Shown: one piece after another, positions 1 through 9,275 of the stretch
Position numbering within the stretch: the first letter of the stretch is position 1
Layout: each line of letters opens with the position of its first letter
DNA from: Candidatus Methylomirabilota bacterium
GTDB lineage: Bacteria > Methylomirabilota > Methylomirabilia > Rokubacteriales > CSP1-6
Direction of reading: 5' to 3'
Assembly: GCA_046726415.1 (NCBI GenBank)
Contig: JBKPAK010000305.1
Span: 1 to 23,220, forward strand
DNA length: 23,220 bases
Program-made: the position numbers and the translations under genes
Notes under the pieces: generated by a model
The model's database searches: none
What the model was told of the DNA's origin: nothing
Seen by the model: the letters and a program-made list of their open reading frames with translations, nothing else

Positions 1-131
1 CGACGCTCTACGTGGTGATCGCGCGGCTGGCCGGGGGCCGGAAGCACGTCGCGGTCCCGACAGCGGCCGCGGAGACCGCGCCACCATCAGCACCACCCGC
101 CCCTCGGCCCGTCGGGGGAGGGGAGTCGTGA
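1..131 (+). CDS. C-terminal tail of an RND efflux permease (AcrB/MexF-like), partial
   Basis: Frame from nt 3 reads TLYVVIARLAGGRKHVAVPTAAAETAPPSAPPAPRPVGGGES*, resembling the last TM helix plus Pro/Ala tail of RND permeases. Its TGA (129-131) overlaps the GTG start of the outer-membrane factor (GTGA coupling). Confidence 0.6.
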   Translation, partial: TLYVVIARLAGGRKHVAVPTAAAETAPPSAPPAPRPVGGGES

Positions 132-1603
132 TCGCCGGCCCCGGGATGGCCTGGCGTGGTCTGGCGACGGGCGCGCTCGCGCTCGTCCTTGCCGGCTGCC
201 TCGTCGGACCCGACTACAAACGCCCGCAAACGGGTCCGCCCGCGCAGTTCCGATTCGCGTCCCCGCAAGAGCTCGAACGGGCTTCGGTGGCCGACCTCGC
301 TTGGTTTGAGCTGTTCCGGGACGACGCGTTGCGCGAGCTGATCCAGACGGCACTGATCCAGAACTACGATTTGCAGGTCGCGACCACCCGCGTCCTCCAA
401 GCTCGGGCCCAGGTCGGGATCGTGAGGTCGCAGCTGTTCCCGACCATCGGGGCCAGCGGCAGCGGGGAGACGCTCCGCTTCTCCCAAAACGTGTTCAACT
501 TCCCCGCTGCCCCCGACCCCATCACCTTCGGCACGCTCGCGCTCGACATGACCTGGGAAATCGACGTCTGGGGCCGGATCCGCCGCCTCACCGAGTCCGC
601 TCGGGCCGAGCTCTTCTCGAACGAGGAGACGCGGCGCGCCGTGTTCATCACGTTGATCGCCAACGTGGCCACGGCCTATTTCCAGCTCCGCACGTTCGAC
701 CTCCAGCTCGCGATTTCCCGCCGCACCATCGAGGCCCGCGAACGGGGCCTGAAGCTCGTCCAGACCCAGCGCGACCTCGGGGTGGGCACCGGCCTCGACG
801 TGGCACAGGCGGAGGACCTCCTCTTCACCGCCCGCGCCGTCCTCAAGGACACCGAGCGCCAGATCGCCCAGACCGAGGACCTTCTGAGCCTCCTCCTCGG
901 CCAGAACCCCGGCGACATCATCCGGGGCCGGACCATCGACGAGACCGCGCAGGCGCTTCCTCCCGACATCCCGCCCGGCCTCCCTTCGGCCTTGCTCGAA
1001 CGTCGCCCCGACGTCCGGGCCGCCGAGCTGAACATCGTCGCCGCCAACGCCCAGATCGGCGCGGCCAAGGCCCAGTACTTCCCCCAGATCTCGCTCACCG
1101 GAATGCTCGGAGTCGAAAGCAATTCCCTCAGTAACCTCTTCAAGAAGTCGTCCCTCGCGTACAACCTCGCCGGCACCGCCGCGGTCCCCATCTTCACCGC
1201 GGGGCGGATCAGCTCCCAGGTGGACCTGGCCAGGGGACAGACAGAGGAAGCGCTGGCGGCGTACCAGCAAGCCGTCCGCACCGCGTTCACCGAGGTCTCC
1301 GACAGCCTGATCGAGTACGCCAAGCGGCGTGAGCAGCGGAGCGAGCAGGAGTCGCTGGTGGGGGCCCGCGAACGCTCGGTCCGGCTGTCGCAACTCCGCT
1401 ACGAGGGGGGCCTCGATACCTATCTCCAAGTTCTGGACGCCGAGACCCGCCTCTTCGACGGCCAGCTCCAGCTCGCCGATCTCAAGCGCGACGAGCTGAC
1501 CGCCGTCGTGCGGCTCTATCGCGCACTCGGGGGTGGCTGGTCGTTGAGCGCGAGCACGGCGAGGAACGGCGAGGTTCCCCCCCCGCCTTTCCCGACTCGC
1601 TGA
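128..1603 (+). CDS. Efflux outer-membrane factor lipoprotein (OprM/NodT family)
   Basis: Lipobox LAGC followed by VGPDYKRP; family motifs WEIDVWGRIRR, PSALLERRPDVRAAE, AQYFPQISLTG and terminal LYRALGGGW. Confidence 0.93.
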   Translation: MIAGPGMAWRGLATGALALVLAGCLVGPDYKRPQTGPPAQFRFASPQELERASVADLAWFELFRDDALRELIQTALIQNYDLQVATTRVLQARAQVGIVRSQLFPTIGASGSGETLRFSQNVFNFPAAPDPITFGTLALDMTWEIDVWGRIRRLTESARAELFSNEETRRAVFITLIANVATAYFQLRTFDLQLAISRRTIEARERGLKLVQTQRDLGVGTGLDVAQAEDLLFTARAVLKDTERQIAQTEDLLSLLLGQNPGDIIRGRTIDETAQALPPDIPPGLPSALLERRPDVRAAELNIVAANAQIGAAKAQYFPQISLTGMLGVESNSLSNLFKKSSLAYNLAGTAAVPIFTAGRISSQVDLARGQTEEALAAYQQAVRTAFTEVSDSLIEYAKRREQRSEQESLVGARERSVRLSQLRYEGGLDTYLQVLDAETRLFDGQLQLADLKRDELTAVVRLYRALGGGWSLSASTARNGEVPPPPFPTR

Positions 1604-1621
1604 CGAAGGCTGGTTCTCGAG

Positions 1622-2098
1622 GTGGTGGTGATATTGGTCGGCATCGGTGGGACGTTGAGCGCGCTCCTGATCCAGGGCGTGACCAGCGCCTTGGGGACGG
1701 AGACGATCCTCGGTCTCCTCATGAGGCGAGTCGTCGGTGTCCATGTCTGGGGCAATGTCCTGGCCATGCTCGGGCTCATCCTGATTCTGTTGGCGGGGCA
1801 CCTGGCGCAAACGGCCGTGTGGGCCATCGCCTTCATGGCGGCCGGCGAGTTCGCGGAGTTCGCCGTCGCCTTCTACCACTCGGCTGTCAACTACACGACG
1901 CTTGGCTACGGCGACATGGTCATGTCTCCGCGCTGGCGACTGCTGGGCCCGCTGGAGGCCGCCAGCGGTATGCTGGCCTTCGGCTGGTCGACGGCCGTCA
2001 TCGTGACGGTCGCGATCCGGTTGGCGCGTGTCCGCCACCGTGCGCTATACAGATCGAGTGCTTCGCCCCGGTCGACGACAAGGGGAAGGTTCAGCTAG
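1622..2098 (+). CDS. Small potassium channel family protein (Ion_trans_2, KcsA-like pore)
   Basis: Pore helix and filter FYHSAVNYTTLGYGD flanked by hydrophobic helices, then RLLGPLEAASGMLAFGWS. Start codon uncertain. Confidence 0.85.
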   Translation: MVVILVGIGGTLSALLIQGVTSALGTETILGLLMRRVVGVHVWGNVLAMLGLILILLAGHLAQTAVWAIAFMAAGEFAEFAVAFYHSAVNYTTLGYGDMVMSPRWRLLGPLEAASGMLAFGWSTAVIVTVAIRLARVRHRALYRSSASPRSTTRGRFS

Positions 2099-2196
2099 TG
2101 CACCACCAGATCGGACGGCGTGGGCGAGCCCCACGCGGGTCGCACGGACGGAGGGACTGAAGTCGTCCGGCGCGTTGGACGGGGAGGGAAGGCGTC

Positions 2197-3627
2197 ATGA
2201 CGTCAGAGGCGGCAACGGGAGTCGATCCGCTCCGTATCGTGTCAGCGCTGACCGAGGCGGGGCACGTGGACACGGTGTATCGCGATGTCTATCTGGAACG
2301 CGCGCGGAGCCTTCTGGGCGGGGTGTTGCCGCTCGAGGAGTTTCGCGCGTTGGAGCAGGCGCGGCGCAATCTCGCCGAGCAGCCACTCGGCATAGCGCGG
2401 GCGGTGGAGAAGGCGAACTGGCCCCTCGTCAAGCAGCTTGCCGAGCGCACGCAGGCGCTCCGGGAGTCGGTGGAGGGCAAGCAGAAGCTGATCGAGGCCG
2501 CTCGTGACGTCTACGCCGTCAAGGACGTCAGCCTCGATCCGTTCTCCCCGGGGCTGCAAGCATTCGCGAAGCTTGCTCCCGCGGATCTCCCAGCGCTGCG
2601 GGACCGCACCGTCCAGCGGCTCACCGCGCTCGAGCGAGCGGACCCGCCCGAGCGCGACTTCTATGCCGCGCGGCGCGCCGCGCTCCAGGCGCTCGTCCTG
2701 ACGGTCTCCGAGGGGACGAGTGCCGCGGCGGTCGCGAAATCGGGCGTCGATGCCCGGGAGGCGGCGTCACGGGTCCTGAAGGCCGGCGACATGAGAGGGC
2801 TCGAGAAGCTCGCCGACGAGCTGATGGCGGCGGCAGGCGGGAGACCGGAGGGACCGGGCGGGCCCTCGCCCGCACCGACCGCAGCCACCGGTTCGGCTCC
2901 GGCGTCGGCGCCGGCCCCGGCGGATCTCCTCGTGCCCTATTCCCCTGATACGCTCGCGGGGGCGCGCCGGCTCGGGCTCGCTCCCCGCCACCTGGAATCG
3001 CGGGCCGAGCTGGCCGCGTTCCGCCGGTACGCCTGGAATCCGCTGTTCTCGGACGAGTCCGGCCACGTCGCGATCAAGGACGTGTCCCTGCCTCCCGGCA
3101 CGCCCGAGGGCATGCGGGATCGACTGGAGATGCTCATGATCCATCCGCTCGTGAACTCGGGCGGGGCGCGCCACCTGCCGAAGCTCGTCGCCGAGGACGT
3201 CCTGGTCGAGGACTTTCCCGATCCCGGCGAAGGCGATGCGGGTCCGGCGTCAGCGTTGCTCGCGGCCCTCGAGCTTCCCGCCCGCCGCGGGCTCTCGCGC
3301 ATGGCCATCGAGCAGGCCTTGCTCACGCACTGCGCCCGGGTTCTCGAAAAAGAGCTGGGTCTCGACCCCAGGGTCTTCCGTCTCGTGTGTATCCCTTCCG
3401 ACGTCCACCTCCGACTCGGCGAGGCGGAGGGCTGGGGGCGTCAGCCGTCGTGGACCCACTTCGACGGTTACCTGGTGATGGCCGATGGGCGTCTGCGGGC
3501 ACTCGCCGGAGGAGACGCGCGGTTCGGCGGGCTCTTCGACCTCCTCGGCGTGGGCCGGGACTACGACTCGGACAAGCTGGTGGCGCGGTTTGCCGTAGTG
3601 CGCCGCGATCGCATGGTCGCGTGGTGA
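2197..3627 (+). CDS. Hypothetical protein, 476 aa (helical N-domain, Pro/Ala linker, globular C-domain)
   Basis: Long ORF with G/C-ending codons like its neighbours, purine-rich RBS (GGGAGGGAAGG) upstream of the ATG, co-oriented with the cluster. No family recognised. Confidence 0.85.
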   Translation: MTSEAATGVDPLRIVSALTEAGHVDTVYRDVYLERARSLLGGVLPLEEFRALEQARRNLAEQPLGIARAVEKANWPLVKQLAERTQALRESVEGKQKLIEAARDVYAVKDVSLDPFSPGLQAFAKLAPADLPALRDRTVQRLTALERADPPERDFYAARRAALQALVLTVSEGTSAAAVAKSGVDAREAASRVLKAGDMRGLEKLADELMAAAGGRPEGPGGPSPAPTAATGSAPASAPAPADLLVPYSPDTLAGARRLGLAPRHLESRAELAAFRRYAWNPLFSDESGHVAIKDVSLPPGTPEGMRDRLEMLMIHPLVNSGGARHLPKLVAEDVLVEDFPDPGEGDAGPASALLAALELPARRGLSRMAIEQALLTHCARVLEKELGLDPRVFRLVCIPSDVHLRLGEAEGWGRQPSWTHFDGYLVMADGRLRALAGGDARFGGLFDLLGVGRDYDSDKLVARFAVVRRDRMVAW

Positions 3628-3648
3628 TCAGAACATCGGAGGGAAACC

Positions 3649-3873
3649 ATGAGCACGCTCACGAGAACCCCCCAGGTCGCTCGCCCCGAGGCGGCGATCT
3701 CTGCGTACGGCCCAGCTCGCTCCACGGTCAAGGGATCCCCCCTCGGCCGGATGCCCCGGTATCGCGTGACGGGGTCAAGCGTTCTCGAGGCCCTGCTCGA
3801 CCCGCAGATCGCGCGTGAGAGCCACGTCTACGAGTTCGGCGTGGATCCGGCCCACATCAGGAGCTGGCAGTGA
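3649..3873 (+). CDS. Small hypothetical protein, 74 aa
   Basis: GGAGGG (3638-3643) 5 nt before ATG. Fills the gap between the 476-aa gene (21 nt upstream) and the TolC gene (22 nt downstream). Confidence 0.65.
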   Translation: MSTLTRTPQVARPEAAISAYGPARSTVKGSPLGRMPRYRVTGSSVLEALLDPQIARESHVYEFGVDPAHIRSWQ

Positions 3874-3895
3874 CCGTTCTACCGGGGGGACCACC

Positions 3896-5470
3896 ATGCT
3901 CGACGAGATCAGGCGTACATTGGCTCCTCGAAGGGCGCGCGATCGAGGCACCATAAATAGACTCGCGCGCCACACGCCTGTCGGCCTGCTTGCGACCTCC
4001 TGCGGGCTGCTTGCCTCGTGTGCGGTAGGACAGGCTCCCGGCCAGAGCGGGGGCGATCTGCCCGAACGGCTCCGCTCCCAGGTTGCCTCCGGACCGGCCG
4101 CGCCCTGGCGGGCACCGGACCTTCGCGGGTACTCCAACGCGCTCAGGCCGACGGAGCGAGCCCTCATCGATCCGGCTCGCCAGTACGACCTGCTCGAATT
4201 GATCGACGTCGCGCAGCGCGTGAATCCCGAGACTCGTGTCGCATGGGAGCGTGCTCTCCAGGCGGCCATCGGCGTTGGGCTTGCGGAAAGCGAGTACTTC
4301 CCGATCCTCACGCTGGCAGCCTTCGGGGGGTACCAAAGCCTCCCCCTGCCTGCGCCACAGAACCTCATCCCGGAGGGCTTTTTCCGCATCGACCTTGCTC
4401 GCGTGGCGCCGGGCCTTGGCCTCAAGTGGCTGCTGCTCGACTTCGGACGGCGTGGGGCGACCATGGACGCCGCCAAGGAGCGGCTACTCGCGGCGAACCT
4501 CGGGTTCAACCGCCGCCACCAGGATCTCGCGTTCCGTGTGCAACGCGCCTTCTACGCCCTGACGAGCATTCGGGCCCGGATCGCCGTGGCCCAGGCCTCG
4601 CTCGACGCGGCTCGGGCGGTGCAAGGGGCCGCAGAGTCCCGGTTCGGGCAAGGGCTCGAGACGGTCCCGGAAGTCCTGCTTGCCCGGCAGCAAACCGTGC
4701 AGGCGGAGTTCGAACTGGAGGACGTTGCCGCCAAGGAGCGTGACGCGCGGGTGGCGCTCGCCGAGAGCATGGGCATCCTGCCCACGACCCCGCTCCAGGT
4801 GGTCGATTTCGCGGCCCTGGCCTTGCCGCCCGCGCTCGAGGACTCGGTCGAGCGGGTCATCGATCGGGCGCTCGAACAGCGGCCCGATCTGATCGCCAAG
4901 GTGGCCGTCGTCCGCGAGAAGGAGGCTGTGGTCCGCCGCGCTCGTTCCGACTACTTCCCCACGCTGGTCGTGGTGGGGGACGTGGCCGGCGAACTGGCGA
5001 GAACTCGGTTCGATGTGGGAGGGCGCTCCGGCGACTGGTTCAACGTGGTACAGCCCACCTACGGGGCGGGAGTTCGCCTCGAATGGCAGCTCTTCGAGGG
5101 AGGGGCGCGCGCACGCAAGGTTGAGCTTGCGGAGGCTGAGCGACGCGCCGCGGAGGAAGAAGTCTCGGCCGCTCGCGATCGGGCGATCAACGAGGTCTGG
5201 AAGGCATACACCGACGTGCGGCTGGCCTTCCGGCGACTCGACGTGGCGAGCGCTCTCGTCAAGGCCTCGGAGAGCTCGTACGAGGCCATACTACGGTCGT
5301 ATCGGCTGGGTCTCGGGACCCTCGTCGATCTTCTCGCCGCGCGGCGGGAACTCAGCCGCGCGCGCTTCCAGGAGGTCGACACTAAGCTCCAGCTCCTCGA
5401 TGCGTCGGTGGCGCTCGCCTTCAGCACGGGCGAAGTCGCGCCATCGTCACCCCCGGGGAAGGTCCGGTAG
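3896..5470 (+). CDS. TolC-family outer-membrane efflux lipoprotein (MdtP position in the module)
   Basis: Lipobox-like LLASC; two OEP-type repeats (ESEYFPILTL...WLLLDFGRR and SDYFPTLVV...WQLFEGGAR). ATG 3896 preferred over the ORF-track start 3815, which overlaps the small ORF; GGGGGA precedes 3896. Confidence 0.88.
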   Translation: MLDEIRRTLAPRRARDRGTINRLARHTPVGLLATSCGLLASCAVGQAPGQSGGDLPERLRSQVASGPAAPWRAPDLRGYSNALRPTERALIDPARQYDLLELIDVAQRVNPETRVAWERALQAAIGVGLAESEYFPILTLAAFGGYQSLPLPAPQNLIPEGFFRIDLARVAPGLGLKWLLLDFGRRGATMDAAKERLLAANLGFNRRHQDLAFRVQRAFYALTSIRARIAVAQASLDAARAVQGAAESRFGQGLETVPEVLLARQQTVQAEFELEDVAAKERDARVALAESMGILPTTPLQVVDFAALALPPALEDSVERVIDRALEQRPDLIAKVAVVREKEAVVRRARSDYFPTLVVVGDVAGELARTRFDVGGRSGDWFNVVQPTYGAGVRLEWQLFEGGARARKVELAEAERRAAEEEVSAARDRAINEVWKAYTDVRLAFRRLDVASALVKASESSYEAILRSYRLGLGTLVDLLAARRELSRARFQEVDTKLQLLDASVALAFSTGEVAPSSPPGKVR

Positions 5471-5475
5471 CTGGC

Positions 5476-5781
5476 ATGAGCGCCGCGGAGACGGGCGGGC
5501 TCGCGTCGCGCGCTCGGGGTGGAGCCGCTCGCAGCGCCGTGATGGCCGCCGCCGGCGCGGTTCTGTCGGGCTGCCGGCCAGGCCCGGACATCACCGTGGC
5601 GGGCTCGTACTTCCCATCCTGGATGGGGTCCCTGGTCCTCGGCGTCCTGGGAACCATCCTGTTCTGGCAGCTCTTCACGCGTACAGGGCTCGACCCCTAC
5701 CTGGGCCCGCGCATGCTCGTGTATCCGGGTCTGGTGATCCTCATCACCCTCGTCCTCTGGTTGAGCGTGTTCCGTGGCTGA
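5476..5781 (+). CDS. YtcA family lipoprotein
   Basis: Lipobox VLSGC followed by PDITVAGSYFPSWM and two hydrophobic helices; canonical position directly upstream of mdtN. Confidence 0.85.
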   Translation: MSAAETGGLASRARGGAARSAVMAAAGAVLSGCRPGPDITVAGSYFPSWMGSLVLGVLGTILFWQLFTRTGLDPYLGPRMLVYPGLVILITLVLWLSVFRG

Positions 5782-7084
5782 GCCGACCGCCGATCCCGAA
5801 GAGGCGCCCTCCTCCGCCTGGCGTCGCATGCTGGGCCGCACGGTCGGGGCGCTCATTCTCGTGGGCGCCGCGGCCGCCGCGGCCATCACCGTCTGGCAAT
5901 GGGAGAACCGTCCCGAGACCGACGACGCCGCCGTGCGGGCAAACTTTGTGGGCATCGCTCCCAAGGTGAACGGGCACATCATCGACCTTCCCATCCGCGA
6001 CAATCAGCAGGTCCAGCAAGGGGAGCTGCTCTTCGTCGTCGACCCACGACCGTACGAGATCGCCCTCGAGCGGGCCCGGGCCGCGCTCGCCCTCACGCGC
6101 AAGGAAGTCGACGCCCTCGGCAAGGCGGTGTCGACGGCCGATGCGGGCGTGACGCGAGCCGGAGCGCAACTCGCCGCCTCAGTGGCCGACGTCACGCGCC
6201 GCGAGACCGATCCGGTCGCCGCCGATGCCGAGATTGCCCGGCTCGAGGCCCAACGGGTGTCGTCGGAGGCGGCCATGCAGCGGGCCGCGGCCGAGCTGAA
6301 GCATGCCGAGGACCACCTGAAGCGTGTGGAACCGCTCCTCCCGGAGGGCTTCGTGACGGCGGACAAGGTGGAGGAGCTCAGGACCCGCCGCGTGGCCGCG
6401 GCCATGGCCAGGGAGCAGGCGCGCACCTCCGTCGAGGCGGCGAGCGCGGCCCTGGCTGAGGCGCGGGCGCGCAAGCGAGCGACCCTGGCCGCCCTGGATG
6501 CGACGAAGGCGCAGCATGCCGCGTCGGTCGCCGCGCTCGCGCAGGCGAGGACCGAGCGCGCGCGCGCCGAGGATACCCTGGGGCAGGTCGGCAACGTCAA
6601 CGCGCGCGTCGCCGCCGCCGAGGCCGCAGTGCATGCCGCTGCGCTGGATCTTGCCTATTGCCGGGTGACCGCGCCCTTCAGCGGGCGCGTGGTGAATCTC
6701 GACATCTCGGTGGGCGCTTTTGCGCGGGTGGGGGTGGACGTCTTCACGCTCGTCGATACCAGCACGTGGTACGTGATGGCGAACTTTCGGGAAACGCAGC
6801 TGCGCCACATCGCCGCGGGCGCGCCGGCCGTCATTCACCTCCAGTCGCAGCCCGGCAAGCGCTTCCGGGGCACGGTGGTCGGTCTCGGGTGGGCGGTGCT
6901 TCCGGAGAACGCGACGAGCGTGATGGGGCTGCCGCGCGTCGAGAAGTCGATCGACTGGGTGCGCCTCGCCGCGCGGTTCCCGGTGCGCATCAAGGTCGAG
7001 GACCCTGACGAGTCCTTCCGGATCGGCGCCTCGGCCATCGTCACCGTCGACGAGAAATCCGCTCGCTCCACGGCGGGACGTTGA
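5774..7084 (+). CDS. mdtN: HlyD-family membrane fusion protein, MdtN-like
   Basis: N-terminal TM, PETDDA, IAPKVNGHI, DNQQVQQGELLFVVDPRPY, long coiled coil, APFSGRV, ANFRETQL, DWVRLAARFPVRI; lies between ytcA and the FUSC gene. Confidence 0.85.
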   Translation: MAEPTADPEEAPSSAWRRMLGRTVGALILVGAAAAAAITVWQWENRPETDDAAVRANFVGIAPKVNGHIIDLPIRDNQQVQQGELLFVVDPRPYEIALERARAALALTRKEVDALGKAVSTADAGVTRAGAQLAASVADVTRRETDPVAADAEIARLEAQRVSSEAAMQRAAAELKHAEDHLKRVEPLLPEGFVTADKVEELRTRRVAAAMAREQARTSVEAASAALAEARARKRATLAALDATKAQHAASVAALAQARTERARAEDTLGQVGNVNARVAAAEAAVHAAALDLAYCRVTAPFSGRVVNLDISVGAFARVGVDVFTLVDTSTWYVMANFRETQLRHIAAGAPAVIHLQSQPGKRFRGTVVGLGWAVLPENATSVMGLPRVEKSIDWVRLAARFPVRIKVEDPDESFRIGASAIVTVDEKSARSTAGR

Positions 7085-7088
7085 GACC

Positions 7089-9275
7089 ATGAGCAGGCCC
7101 GGGCCGCGTCCGCCGGGACGGGCGAGCGCCTCTCCTCTGGTCGCGTTCCTGCGGCGCGAACTCGCCCCCACGCCCGGCCGCCTCGGCGCGACGCTGCGCC
7201 TCACCTTGGCGTGTACCGCGGCCACGGTGCCGATCATGATCCACCACATCCCCCACGGGCTGGTGGTCATGATCGTCATGTATCTGATCACCAAGGAGGA
7301 CACGACAGCCACGCTCCTGGGCTCGGTGTTCGGCCTCCTCGGCGTCACCCTTGGCTTCGTACTCGCTCTGCTCGCATGGCAGATCGCCCTGGAGACCGCG
7401 TGGCGGCTCGTCTTCGTCTTCCTGTTTGCCGCTGCGGGACTCTACATAGGACGCATCATCGTCCTTGGCGCCCTCGGAAGCGCCATCGGCGTGCCGGCGG
7501 CCCTGGCCATGGTGCTGCCGGACATCCTGCCCGTGCCGGATCCGGAGGCCATGACGGAATTCGTGCTGTGGCTCTGGTGGTGTGTCGCGCTCGGCCTCGC
7601 GGTCAACCTGGGCGTGCAGCTCCTGCTGTCGCCGGGCGACCCGCTGGTGCTCCTCCGTCGTGCGCTCGTCGAGCGGCTGCGGGCGGTGGAAGAGGCCGCG
7701 CGGTCACTCGGTGGTGATGTCGCAAGCAGGCCACATCCTCCCCGGCCGTCACTGACCTCGCTCACTGTCGCCGGCACCTCCGAGATGCTGACGCACCTCA
7801 AGATGGCCTCGCTCCGCCATGCGTGGGCGCGGCAGCACCGCCCGCAACTCGGGGCGCTCATCAGCCTCATCGACCAGCTCGTGACGGCCGCGGCGGCGCT
7901 GGAGGCCACCGGCCTGCCGTCCCCCAGCGGAGATACTCGCGAGCGGCTGGAGTGGGTGGCCATGGCGTGCGCGAGGACGGCACGAGCGCTCGCGAGCACA
8001 TCGGCATCGTGGCCCGACGAGCTGAACAGTGTCGAGCCGTCCGCGGCGGCGATCCCCGCTCTGGCGGCAATGGAGCGCGTGCTCCGGGACATCGCCCTCG
8101 CGTTGCCTCGTCGAGCCGCGCCGCGTTCTGGACAGTCCGCTCCCGGGCCGGCGAGACGGGCTTCGCTGCTCCTGCCCGACGCCTTCACGAACCCGGAATA
8201 TGTCCGCTTTGCCATACGCGGCGGGTTGGCCTGCCTGATCTGCGACGTGCTCCTCGTCGGCTTCGCCTATCCGGGCATCTACACCTCCGTGATCACCTGC
8301 TTCGTCGTGTCCCTGTCCACGGTGGGGGCAAGCACGCAGAAGGGGGCCCTTCGCTTCGCCGGCGCGGCGGTAGGCGGCGGAATGGGCGTCTACGCCTTGA
8401 TGTACATCCTGCCCCACGTGGAGACGTTGGGGGGGTTCTGGGCGGTCTTCGCCCCCGGTACGGCCGTGGCCGCCTGGGTGAACTTCGGAAGCCCACGCGT
8501 GTCGTACGGCGGGTACCAGATCGGGCTCGCGTTCTACAAGGTTGTCCTGCAGGGCTGGGGCCCGGTGACAGAGCTCACGGTCGCACGGGACCGCCTGATC
8601 GGGATCGCCTTTGGCCTCGTGGTGTTCGGAATCCTCGAGCACGTCCTCTGGCCGGTCCGGGCGAGCGACCGCAGGCAGCGGCGCTTTGCCGATGCCCTGC
8701 GCTCCCTCGCCGCACTCGCGCGCCTCGGTGCCCGGGACCGCCCAGGCGCGGGACGCGATGGCGAGCTCGACGACATGCGCCACCGGATCGCGCAGGACCT
8801 GGCCGAGACGCAGCGGCTGCTCGAGGAGTCGAAGTTCGAGCTTCAGGCGGGCGAGCTGGAGGCCTTCCAGCGCCGCGTCGGCGACGCCCAGATCATCTTT
8901 CTCGTGCTCCTCTCGCTCGCGTATCAGCGACGCGCCGCCGGGGAGCTGCTGGCGAGTCTGCCCGTGGCCGCGCACCAGCTCGAGGACGCCGTGGCGGAGA
9001 GCCTCGAAGGGCTTGCGGATTCGACGCGAGGCCGCGGACAGCGCCCGTCGGCCGACCTGGATGCCGCGCTGGCGGCGGTCGAAGCTGCGCTCGCTCCGGC
9101 GCCGCGTGGAGGGCCCACAGACGAGACGGTGGTCGCGGTGGAGCAGCGCCGGCAGCTCTACCAGACGCTCGTTCGGCTCGTCTTGCAGCTCGATCCGTGG
9201 CAGGTGGATCGTTCAAAGTTCCCAACGACGCCGCGGGGCGCTGATCGCGGTCTTACCGAGGGGGATGGACAATGA
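7089..9275 (+). CDS. mdtO: FUSC-family inner-membrane efflux protein, MdtO-like
   Basis: FLRRELAPTPGR N-terminus, two multi-TM blocks, LLPDAFTNPEYVRFA, YPGIYTSVITC, GSPRVSYGGYQIG, ARDRLIGI...VLWP. Confidence 0.85.
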   Translation: MSRPGPRPPGRASASPLVAFLRRELAPTPGRLGATLRLTLACTAATVPIMIHHIPHGLVVMIVMYLITKEDTTATLLGSVFGLLGVTLGFVLALLAWQIALETAWRLVFVFLFAAAGLYIGRIIVLGALGSAIGVPAALAMVLPDILPVPDPEAMTEFVLWLWWCVALGLAVNLGVQLLLSPGDPLVLLRRALVERLRAVEEAARSLGGDVASRPHPPRPSLTSLTVAGTSEMLTHLKMASLRHAWARQHRPQLGALISLIDQLVTAAAALEATGLPSPSGDTRERLEWVAMACARTARALASTSASWPDELNSVEPSAAAIPALAAMERVLRDIALALPRRAAPRSGQSAPGPARRASLLLPDAFTNPEYVRFAIRGGLACLICDVLLVGFAYPGIYTSVITCFVVSLSTVGASTQKGALRFAGAAVGGGMGVYALMYILPHVETLGGFWAVFAPGTAVAAWVNFGSPRVSYGGYQIGLAFYKVVLQGWGPVTELTVARDRLIGIAFGLVVFGILEHVLWPVRASDRRQRRFADALRSLAALARLGARDRPGAGRDGELDDMRHRIAQDLAETQRLLEESKFELQAGELEAFQRRVGDAQIIFLVLLSLAYQRRAAGELLASLPVAAHQLEDAVAESLEGLADSTRGRGQRPSADLDAALAAVEAALAPAPRGGPTDETVVAVEQRRQLYQTLVRLVLQLDPWQVDRSKFPTTPRGADRGLTEGDGQ

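Noticed and set aside
8..2038. 676-aa minus-strand ORF
   Set aside because: Antisense shadow of the OMF and K+ channel genes; typical of GC-rich codon bias, with no recognisable motifs.
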